DNA from: Sphaerochaetaceae bacterium
GTDB taxonomy: Bacteria > Spirochaetota > Spirochaetia > Sphaerochaetales > Sphaerochaetaceae
Direction: 5' to 3'
Assembly: GCA_963645435.1 (NCBI GenBank)
Contig: CAVISO010000001.1
Coordinates: 3,987-67,986, forward strand
DNA: 64,000 nt
Position 1 is the stretch's first letter. Each line of letters opens with the position of its first letter. Shown in pieces: positions 45,559-52,730 of the stretch. The notes under the pieces were generated by a model, which did no database searches, was not told where the DNA came from, and saw only the letters and a program-made list of their open reading frames with translations. The position numbers and the translations under genes were made by a program.

Positions 45559-46886
45559 GAAAATTTTTCATTGAAACCTATGGCTGTCAGATGAATGTGG
45601 CTGAGTCAAATGCTATTGAAAGCGCACTTCTAGGACAGGGGTGGGAAGCGGCAAAGGCATCTGAAGAAGCAGATCTAGCAATTATCAACACCTGTTCTGT
45701 TAGAAAAAGTGCAGAAAACCGCATTTGGGGGCGTCTTGGTGCTTACACACATGTGAAAAGTGAGAAGGCTAAAAAGGGAGAAAAACTTGTTCTTGTTCTC
45801 ACTGGTTGCATGGCTGACCGCCTTAAGGACAATATCAAAATTGATGCCCCACAAATAGACTATGTCATTGGAAATAACGATAAACTACGGATTCTGGACA
45901 TTGTTACGGCTTCTTTTGAGCAAAAGAACAGCAAAGATAAAGTCTTAAAAACTCCTTCTGAAAGCGAGAAATATGTGTTTACCAAAGCCTATCATAAGGA
46001 GGGGGAATTTGCCTCTTATGTTCCAATTATGAACGGCTGTAATAATTTCTGCTCCTACTGCATTGTGCCTTATGTCAGAGGCCGTGAAGTCTCCAGACCA
46101 GTTGAAGAAATTCTTCAGGAGGTTTGCCAGCTGGATAAACTGGGAGTTAGAGAGATTACCCTTTTAGGTCAGAATGTTAACTCCTATGACTGTGAAGGTG
46201 TTGGCTTTCCTCAACTTCTAAAACTTATTTGCAAGCAGTGTGACAACATTCAATGGATTCGCTTTGAAAGTCCGCATCCAAAGGATTTTTCTGACGAGCT
46301 TATTGAAGTTATTGCAAATGAACCCAAGGTGGCTAAACACCTGCATATCCCTATGCAGAGTGGAAATACAAGAATTTTGCAGTTGATGAATCGCCGCTAC
46401 ACTAGAGAAAAGTATTTGGATTTGATTCAAAAGATTAAAGCCAGAGTTCCTGAAGTGACTTTTGCCTTAGATGTTATGGTAGGTTTTCCTGGAGAGACAG
46501 AGCAGGAGTTTGAAGAAACCATTTCTGCCATGGAAGCAGTTGGCTGCATTGAAGCCTATATGTACTACTGGAATCCAAGAGAGGGGACACGCGCCTGTTC
46601 AATGGAAGGTCAACTTTCTGATAAGCAAAAGCAAGAGAGACTGCAAAAACTCATTGATTGGCAGCTTGAGAATGCCGCCAAAATTAAGGCAACAAGAGCT
46701 CATGGCATTCAGAAAGTTCTTGTCACTCAGGTTTCTAGAGATGACAAGAGACAGATGCTTGGCCGTAACGAGCACGGTGAAATGGTGGCTTTCAATGTAA
46801 ATGACAGCTCTGTAAAACCCGGAGACCTAGTTATGGTGGATTTTAAGTTCCTAAATGGCAATACATTTGTGGGTAGCCAGGTATGA
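45555..46886 (+). CDS. miaB: tRNA-2-methylthio-N6-dimethylallyladenosine synthase
   Basis: Has the UPF0004 N-terminal domain (TYGCQMN), the radical-SAM CNNFCSYCIVP motif and a TRAM C-terminal domain. Confidence 0.9.
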   Translation: MRKFFIETYGCQMNVAESNAIESALLGQGWEAAKASEEADLAIINTCSVRKSAENRIWGRLGAYTHVKSEKAKKGEKLVLVLTGCMADRLKDNIKIDAPQIDYVIGNNDKLRILDIVTASFEQKNSKDKVLKTPSESEKYVFTKAYHKEGEFASYVPIMNGCNNFCSYCIVPYVRGREVSRPVEEILQEVCQLDKLGVREITLLGQNVNSYDCEGVGFPQLLKLICKQCDNIQWIRFESPHPKDFSDELIEVIANEPKVAKHLHIPMQSGNTRILQLMNRRYTREKYLDLIQKIKARVPEVTFALDVMVGFPGETEQEFEETISAMEAVGCIEAYMYYWNPREGTRACSMEGQLSDKQKQERLQKLIDWQLENAAKIKATRAHGIQKVLVTQVSRDDKRQMLGRNEHGEMVAFNVNDSSVKPGDLVMVDFKFLNGNTFVGSQV

Positions 46887-47638
46887 CAGACCTAGATAAA
46901 TTCGTAACTTTAATTAAGAACAGCAAATACATGACCGTCTTCACCGGCGCCGGCGTCTCAACTTTAAGCCATATCCCAGACTTTAGAGGTCCGCACGGTG
47001 TCTACACGGACCCCTGGAACGGCATGGACGTAGAAGAAATCATCTCTCTGACCTTTTTTAGAAAGAACCCAGAAATCTTCTACAAATGGGCCAAAGATGT
47101 CTGGTATCACCTTGAAGACTACCAGCCCAGCATTGTCCACAAATGCTTAGCCCTGCTTGAAAAAGAAGGCTATCTGAAGGCCCTCTACACTCAAAATATA
47201 GACATGCTTCACCAGCGCGCCGGAAGCAAGAACGTCTTTGATGTACACGGCAGCCCACTGGTCCACCACTGCACCAAATGCCACGCCAGCTTCTCTTACA
47301 ACGAGGTTGCCCCAATTGTACGTGCAGACCAAGTCCCACATTGCCCCAAATGCAACGGCGTCATCAAGCCCGATATCATCTTCTACGAAGAGAACTTAAA
47401 TGAGCAGGTTTTGGAAGCTGCTTGGAGAGACTTCTCCCGGACTGATCTTTGTGTAGTCCTTGGCTCTTCACTAGTTGTACAGCCTGCTGCCAGCTTCCCA
47501 GTTATTGCAAAACGCAGTGGGGCAGACCTTGTTATTGTAAACAATCAACCTACGGATCTGGACGCTTACTGCACCGTTCATTTTGATGATTTAGAGTCAA
47601 CCTTCACTACCTTGTATGACCGTTTTTGCATGGTTTAG
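46883..47638 (+). CDS. cobB: NAD-dependent protein deacylase (Sir2/CobB sirtuin)
   Basis: Matches include GAGVSTLSHIPDFRG, TQNIDMLH and HG. The zinc ribbon is CTKC...CPKC. It overlaps miaB by ATGA. Confidence 0.9.
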   Translation: MTDLDKFVTLIKNSKYMTVFTGAGVSTLSHIPDFRGPHGVYTDPWNGMDVEEIISLTFFRKNPEIFYKWAKDVWYHLEDYQPSIVHKCLALLEKEGYLKALYTQNIDMLHQRAGSKNVFDVHGSPLVHHCTKCHASFSYNEVAPIVRADQVPHCPKCNGVIKPDIIFYEENLNEQVLEAAWRDFSRTDLCVVLGSSLVVQPAASFPVIAKRSGADLVIVNNQPTDLDAYCTVHFDDLESTFTTLYDRFCMV

Positions 47639-47640
47639 AT

Positions 47641-47804
47641 TTGGTAGAGAAAAGCATTGACAATTTCTACTAAACAATTTTCTGCCCTCTGCCTTCATCT
47701 CAAGGGTTCTAGTATTCAGATTTCTACCCAATTTTGCCATTTTGGGCAAATTAGGTAGATGGCTCTATACCCAATTTTGTAAAAAGAGGATTTTTAGGTA
47801 GAGA
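47641..47804. repeat. Cluster of paired short motifs (TCTACCCAATTTTG-type and TTAGGTAGA-type), including a 43-bp tandem unit
   Basis: Unit 1 is TCTACCCAA (47723-31) with TTAGGTAGA (47751-59). Unit 2 is TATACCCAA (47766-74) with TTAGGTAGA (47794-802). Both motifs repeat with a 43-bp period, and the two half-sites are inverted copies of each other. Degenerate extra copies lie at 47641-50 and 47664-82. Confidence 0.6.
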
Positions 47805-47815
47805 TGTAGCCAATA

Positions 47816-47857
47816 GGGTTTCGTGAACCCTTTTCGTGAACCCTTTTCGTGAACCCT
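47816..47857. repeat. Three tandem copies of a 13-nt unit (CGTGAACCCTTTT)
   Basis: CGTGAACCC occurs at 47822-30, 47835-43 and 47848-56. The first copy is preceded by GGGTT, giving the palindrome GGGTT-N5-AACCC. Confidence 0.85.
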
Positions 47858-47989
47858 GACTAATTCAGGTCCATCTAGTCAATTACTAGGCAACCTAAGC
47901 AACCTAGTTCATTCACAAGGATTTTGCAACAACTTCTATTGAATAAAAAAGCCATATTATAGTATGTTAATCGTTTGTGTGGAAAAAGT

Positions 47990-49828
47990 ATGATTACGAA
48001 AAACGATAAGATTAGAAACATTGCAATTATTGCTCACGTTGACCACGGTAAAACCACCCTTGTAGATGCTCTTTTTCGTCAGAGCGGAGTAGAGTCCAAG
48101 GGAAATCAAGACCGAATCATGGACAGTGGTGCCATTGAGAGAGAACGCGGCATCACCATCAATGCCAAAAACTGTGCTATTCACTGGAAGGGCGTCAAAA
48201 TCAACATTATTGACACTCCGGGTCACGCAGACTTTGGTGGCGAAGTTGAGCGTGGACTTTCCATGGTAGATGGTGTCATCCTCCTGGTGGACGCCGCAGA
48301 AGGACCACTTCCTCAAACTCGTTTTGTTTTGCAAAAGGCACTAGAGAAAAACCTTTCAGTAATTGTTGTCATCAATAAGATTGACAGGCAGGATGCAAGA
48401 CCACAGGAAGTTCTGAACGAGGTTTACGACCTTTTGTTGGAGCTTAAGAATGACGAAAGCGTCTTGGAGGTTCCAGTCTTCTATGCAAATGGAAGAGCCG
48501 GTGTTTTATCTGATAAGCTCAATGACCCAGAGGCCAAGAACATTTATCCACTTTTGGACGCAGTTGTGGACTATATGCCCGCTCCAATCTACGACAACGA
48601 AGAGCCTTTCCAAATGCTAGTCAGTGACCTTTCTTATGATGACTACCTTGGCCGCCTTGCAGTTGGTAAAATCATCAATGGAAGTGCAACCGTAAACGAT
48701 TCTTTGGTTTGTATTAACGAGAAAGGACAGCATGTTCCACTTAGAGTTACAAGACTGCAACTCTATGATGGACCAAAATTTAAGGAAGCCACAGCCGTTG
48801 AACCTGGCGACATTGTAGTTCTTTCTGGAATTGAAAATGTCTCTATTGGAGATACCATTTGTAACAAGGATTATGCAAAGCCACTTGACCGCATTAAGGT
48901 AGATGAACCTACCGTTTCAATGCTCTTTAGTAAGAACATTTCCCCACTTGCAGGTAAGGACGGAAAACAGCTTACTTCCGCCAAGATTTGGGACAGACTC
49001 TGCAAAGAGTCACTTAGAAACGTCTCAATCCAGGTAGAAAAGAATCCCGATGATTCCTTCACCGTCAAGGGACGTGGTGAGTTCCAAATGGCAATCATTG
49101 TTGAACAAATGCGCCGTGAAGGTTTTGAACTTTGCGTAGGGCGCCCTAGAATCATCTTTAAGACAGATGAAAAGGGGCACAAGACTGAGCCAGTTGAATA
49201 CCTGCTCATTGATTGCCCTGAAGAGTACAGCGGTACCGTCATGGAAAAGCTTGCCAAACGCAAGGCTACCATGAACAACATCAACTACCTCGAAAATTCT
49301 AGGGTGAAGATGGAATTTTCCATTCCTTCCCGCGGGCTGATTGGTTACCGCGACGAATTTCTTACGGACACCCGCGGCTATGGCATCATGAACAGTTCTC
49401 TCAAGGGCTACGAACCCTACAAGGGCGACTTCCCGGACCGCGCCTCAGGCTCCCTGGTCTGTGACCGCGCAGGCGTTGCAGTTGCCTATGGTATCTGGGA
49501 GCTGGAAGACAGAGGCCGATTCTTCATAGTCCCTGGGGACCCAGTCTATGAAGGAGAAGTTGTTGGTGAGCGCAACCGAGAAGGGGACTTGCTTCTCAAT
49601 CCAACCAGGACTAAGAAATTGACCAACCTCCGTGCTTCTGGACACGATGAAGCTGTTTCTCTTACTCCAGTCATGAAGATGACCTTGGAACATGCCATGC
49701 GCTTTATTAAAGATGATGAACTGGTAGAGGTAACTCCTAGCTCCATAAGAATGTGCAAGAAGATTCTAGACAGTCAGAAGCGCAAGATTATGGAAAATCG
49801 TGGCTCTCTGCCAGAATGTTTACAGTAA
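47990..49828 (+). CDS. typA: Translational GTPase TypA/BipA
   Basis: Has IRNIAIIAHVDHGKTTLVD, DTPGHADFGGEV and NKIDR, plus EF-G-like domains. The start was set to the ATG at 47990 (MITKNDK). Confidence 0.95.
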   Translation: MITKNDKIRNIAIIAHVDHGKTTLVDALFRQSGVESKGNQDRIMDSGAIERERGITINAKNCAIHWKGVKINIIDTPGHADFGGEVERGLSMVDGVILLVDAAEGPLPQTRFVLQKALEKNLSVIVVINKIDRQDARPQEVLNEVYDLLLELKNDESVLEVPVFYANGRAGVLSDKLNDPEAKNIYPLLDAVVDYMPAPIYDNEEPFQMLVSDLSYDDYLGRLAVGKIINGSATVNDSLVCINEKGQHVPLRVTRLQLYDGPKFKEATAVEPGDIVVLSGIENVSIGDTICNKDYAKPLDRIKVDEPTVSMLFSKNISPLAGKDGKQLTSAKIWDRLCKESLRNVSIQVEKNPDDSFTVKGRGEFQMAIIVEQMRREGFELCVGRPRIIFKTDEKGHKTEPVEYLLIDCPEEYSGTVMEKLAKRKATMNNINYLENSRVKMEFSIPSRGLIGYRDEFLTDTRGYGIMNSSLKGYEPYKGDFPDRASGSLVCDRAGVAVAYGIWELEDRGRFFIVPGDPVYEGEVVGERNREGDLLLNPTRTKKLTNLRASGHDEAVSLTPVMKMTLEHAMRFIKDDELVEVTPSSIRMCKKILDSQKRKIMENRGSLPECLQ

Positions 49829-49861
49829 GTCTTGAGCGTATTACTGCGTCGTTGTTCTTAA

Positions 49862-49942
49862 AAGTAAGTGGAAATTTTTATTTTGAAGAAAATTACTTAC
49901 AAAAGTAAGTGGAAATTTCAAAATTTAATTTTTCCACTTACA
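49862..49942. repeat. Two tandem REP-like hairpins sharing the stem GTAAGTGGAAA (also a plausible bidirectional terminator)
   Basis: GTAAGTGGAAATTT occurs at 49864-77 and 49905-18. The inverted partners are AAAATTACTTAC (49889-900) and TTTCCACTTAC (49931-41). The element lies between the convergent typA and nuclease-like genes. Confidence 0.6.
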
Positions 49943-49963
49943 TCGGTATCTAATTAAAATGCT

Positions 49964-50752
49964 TTACGTAAAGTAAGTCTTAATTAGCAGGTCTAAATGT
50001 TTCGTACAAATGGAGTATTTACTGCTTTCAAAGGTGGCAATTAGATTTTCTCCAAGGGTATATCCACAAAAGGCATAGGTTTCTATCTTCCGTAACGCCT
50101 TCTCACAGTAGAGTGGGTCATCCATCCTTCCAAAGTGCTCCCAGTAGTAGACCTTGCGCGTACGCTTATTCAAAACGTAGAAATCAGGGTAGAAGGTGGT
50201 AATTGGATCTATACTGAGTGGAACCTCGTAATGATAAGGGATGCCACTGAGGTAAAGTCTATCGGCAATGATAAGTTCGGTCTTGGATTTGACAAATTCA
50301 CCCCTCAGGGTCCTAAAGGAATAATCAGTAGTTCCTAGACCCCGATATTTCTTAGATTGCCACTTTTTAGCATAATCCTCATTGGTATCCTTTAACGGTG
50401 TGATATAAGGCTTAATTTTATCGGGTTGTTCGTTGTATATAAGAAAAGTCGTTTTAGTGTCAACAAAAGCAGTTAGATCCTTTAAACAATTTTCTAGTGC
50501 CTTGATTCGCTTTTTAGTATTCCTAAGAACCTGAAGGTGGTAACGTTTATTCCCAAGGGGAATAATTTCTTTTGAAGAAAAACTTAAGTATTTTTTTTCA
50601 TTGTCAGTGACTTTATAAAAACGAGTCTTCTCCTTTATAGTTGATATTTCCAGTGTCCCCTCAGGTGCTATGCTCAAGCAGGCCTCTACCTGTAACTTCA
50701 AATCAACCAGCTTGCGTAATTCCAGCCTTAACTTTTCAATTACTTCTTTCAT
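49964..50752 (-). CDS. Hypothetical protein with coiled-coil N-terminus and PD-(D/E)xK-like (TnsA-N / endonuclease-I-like) C-terminal motif set
   Basis: The C-terminal half reads SKTELIIADRLYLSGIPYHYEVPL...TTFYPDFYVLNKRTRKVYYWEHFG...GENLIATFE. A GGAGG RBS supports the ATG at 50752 (MKEVIEKL). The gene is markedly more AT-rich than typA. The fold call is inference. Confidence 0.4.
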   Translation of the reverse strand: MKEVIEKLRLELRKLVDLKLQVEACLSIAPEGTLEISTIKEKTRFYKVTDNEKKYLSFSSKEIIPLGNKRYHLQVLRNTKKRIKALENCLKDLTAFVDTKTTFLIYNEQPDKIKPYITPLKDTNEDYAKKWQSKKYRGLGTTDYSFRTLRGEFVKSKTELIIADRLYLSGIPYHYEVPLSIDPITTFYPDFYVLNKRTRKVYYWEHFGRMDDPLYCEKALRKIETYAFCGYTLGENLIATFESSKYSICTKHLDLLIKTYFT

Positions 50753-50845
50753 ATATGAGGCCTCCAAGCCCTCTATATATAAGTACAAAAAAATAATCAA
50801 AATAATTATACTGGAAGGCTAGACTTTAGGGTTTTCTAGTTCAAG

Positions 50846-50874
50846 TTGACAGTTTTGTGAAGTTTTCATATATT
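50846..50874 (+). promoter_or_regulatory. Sigma-70-type promoter of the small OMP gene
   Basis: TTGACA (50846-51), a 17-nt spacer, then TATATT (50869-74). Confidence 0.55.
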
Positions 50875-50919
50875 CAACAGCGTTGCGCTACTGGTGCATA
50901 AAGTTAAGGAGAGAAAATA

Positions 50920-51588
50920 ATGAACAAGAAAGTATTTGTAATTGCTTTAGTTCTCGTGCTTGCTGTTGGTTCTGTTTTTGCAGCAGGTTCTTTATTTTCA
51001 GCCAAAAAGGCTGATACAAAAGTTGGGGCACAGCTTGGTTTTGGTGCTAGATCCTTTACTCTTTCAGGTAAAGAATCTTTTGCTGGCAGCTCAATGAATT
51101 TCCTGAATACTGGCTTTTACGGTGCTTTTACTTTTGAGCACAATATAAGTGAAACTCTTTCAATTAAGGCTGAAGCTGGTATCAATACAATGGGTACTGC
51201 CAAGACAACCGTAAAGCTTAAGGGGCTTGATCCTCAATCTGACACAGAATCCAGTAGCACACCAGTTAACTTCACAATCTTTGCTGGTGCTTTGTATAAC
51301 CTAGAAATTAACAAGCAGCTTACCGGCTATGTTGGTGGCGGTGTTGATATGATGATTGGTAAGCTTACTTCTGACGAAGATGCAAAGACTAACGCTGCAA
51401 TTGGTCTTGGTGCTGAAGCAGGTGTTTCCTATGCTGCTAGCAAGCAAATTTCCATTAACGCTGGTGCAAAGTTTGGTTTTCATTTCATTAACACAAATGA
51501 CGATATTGAAAGTTCAAAGGTTGGAACAAATTACGGTACAAGTAATGTTTCTTACAAGTTCTACGCTGGCGTAACTTATTCTCTGTAA
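50920..51588 (+). CDS. Small outer-membrane beta-barrel protein
   Basis: Has a signal peptide ending VFAAG, alternating Gly/aromatic beta-strand periodicity (GAEAGVSYAAS, NAGAKFGFHF), and the terminal strand YKFYAGVTYSL. Confidence 0.55.
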   Translation: MNKKVFVIALVLVLAVGSVFAAGSLFSAKKADTKVGAQLGFGARSFTLSGKESFAGSSMNFLNTGFYGAFTFEHNISETLSIKAEAGINTMGTAKTTVKLKGLDPQSDTESSSTPVNFTIFAGALYNLEINKQLTGYVGGGVDMMIGKLTSDEDAKTNAAIGLGAEAGVSYAASKQISINAGAKFGFHFINTNDDIESSKVGTNYGTSNVSYKFYAGVTYSL

Positions 51589-51630
51589 TTTTTAATTTAG
51601 TCTAAAAAGGGACTGGTGCAAAAGTTGAAT

Positions 51631-51656
51631 GACTGAGCAACAGTCTCTTTTTTTTT
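51631..51656 (+). terminator. Rho-independent terminator after the OMP gene
   Basis: GACTG-AGCAA-CAGTC (51631-45), followed by TC and a run of 9 T residues. Confidence 0.6.
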
Positions 51657-51682
51657 ACGTCTATAAATGATATTGTTAATGC

Positions 51683-52714
51683 ATGACAAAAACGGTTCAG
51701 GTTGGTAATTTGGCAATGGGTGGAGCCTGCCCAGTTGCAGTTCAGACTATGTACGATATTCCTCTTTCCCAGCTGGAGGAGGGCTTTGAAGCTCGCATGC
51801 ATGTTCTAAAGGGCATGGGGTGTGATTTAATAAGGTTTTCTTATCCTAATATCAATGAACATAAAGAGTTATGTGAAGTTGTCAAAAAGTGTCCTATGCC
51901 AGTTGTGGCGGACATTCATTTTGATTGGCGCAATGCTATGGATGCAATTGATTGTGGTGTAGCCAAGCTTAGGATAAATCCGGGGAACATTGGGGCCAAA
52001 TGGAAGACAGAAGAGATTGTAAAAAAAGCCAAAGATGCAAATATTGCCATTAGAATTGGACTTAACAGCGGCTCGCTTCCGCAAAATGCCAAGAATAAAC
52101 CAATGGAAGACCTGATGGTGGATACGGCCTTGGAGTATATCTCCTGGTTTGAAAATTTAGGCTTTTATAATACGGTGGTATCGTTAAAGGCATCTGATAC
52201 AGAAACAAGTTATAAAGCAGCCTTAAAGTTCTCACAAGCCAGTGATTATCCGCTTCATTTGGGAGTGACGGAGGCAGGTGGTGTAGTTTCCTCTTGTGTG
52301 CGCTCCACGTGGACACTGGGCAGATTGCTCAGTCAAAATATTGGGGCAACTATCAGATATTCCATTACTGGTTCTATTGAAGATGAGGTTTATGCCGCTG
52401 TTGAACTGCTTAGAATGCTTGGACTGCGTAAGGGTGGAGTGAAGATTATTTCCTGTCCTATGTGCGGAAGAAAGAGCTTTGACAGCCAGGGCTTTTTGAA
52501 AGAAGTTCAGGCTGAACTTTTGGCAACAGGAAAAGCTATTACCGTTGCTATTATGGGCTGTCAGGTCAATGGTCCAGGAGAGGCTAAGGGAGCGGATCTT
52601 GCTGTTTCTGGCATTGGAAACAACGTTTATCTGTACAAAAAGGGCGAGATTCTGAAACAGGTGGACGCCCAAAAGGCTAAAGAAGAGCTGCTTAAGGCGG
52701 TACAAGAGTTCTAA
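51683..52714 (+). CDS. ispG: 4-hydroxy-3-methylbut-2-enyl diphosphate synthase
   Basis: Matches include PVAVQTM, VADIHFD, LRINPGNIG, IRIGLNSGSL, SCPMCGR and GCQVNGPGE. Confidence 0.95.
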   Translation: MTKTVQVGNLAMGGACPVAVQTMYDIPLSQLEEGFEARMHVLKGMGCDLIRFSYPNINEHKELCEVVKKCPMPVVADIHFDWRNAMDAIDCGVAKLRINPGNIGAKWKTEEIVKKAKDANIAIRIGLNSGSLPQNAKNKPMEDLMVDTALEYISWFENLGFYNTVVSLKASDTETSYKAALKFSQASDYPLHLGVTEAGGVVSSCVRSTWTLGRLLSQNIGATIRYSITGSIEDEVYAAVELLRMLGLRKGGVKIISCPMCGRKSFDSQGFLKEVQAELLATGKAITVAIMGCQVNGPGEAKGADLAVSGIGNNVYLYKKGEILKQVDAQKAKEELLKAVQEF

Positions 52715-52730
52715 GGAATGAGTTCTGATA

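Noticed and set aside
46883-47638. A Sir2-domain gene as a possible defence effector (ThsA/DSR-like).
   Set aside because: It is a compact 251-aa CobB-type sirtuin with the canonical Zn ribbon and catalytic motifs. It is translationally coupled to miaB and has no sensor or partner domains.
47816-47857. Possible mini-CRISPR array.
   Set aside because: The units are 13 nt, directly abutting with no spacers, and no cas genes are nearby. It is a simple tandem repeat.
47945-47972. A dif-like (XerCD) site, because GTATGTTAAT resembles the XerD arm TTATGTTAAAT.
   Set aside because: Only one arm matches (about 8 of 11 positions). The would-be XerC arm (AAAAAAGCCAT) does not match, and the sequence overlaps the likely typA promoter and RBS region.
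49824-49981. A MITE flanked by a 10-bp target-site duplication (AGTAAGTCTT).
   Set aside because: There are no terminal inverted repeats adjacent to the direct repeats. One repeat copy lies inside coding sequence. The shared GTAAGT core suggests local duplication of a hairpin motif rather than transposition.
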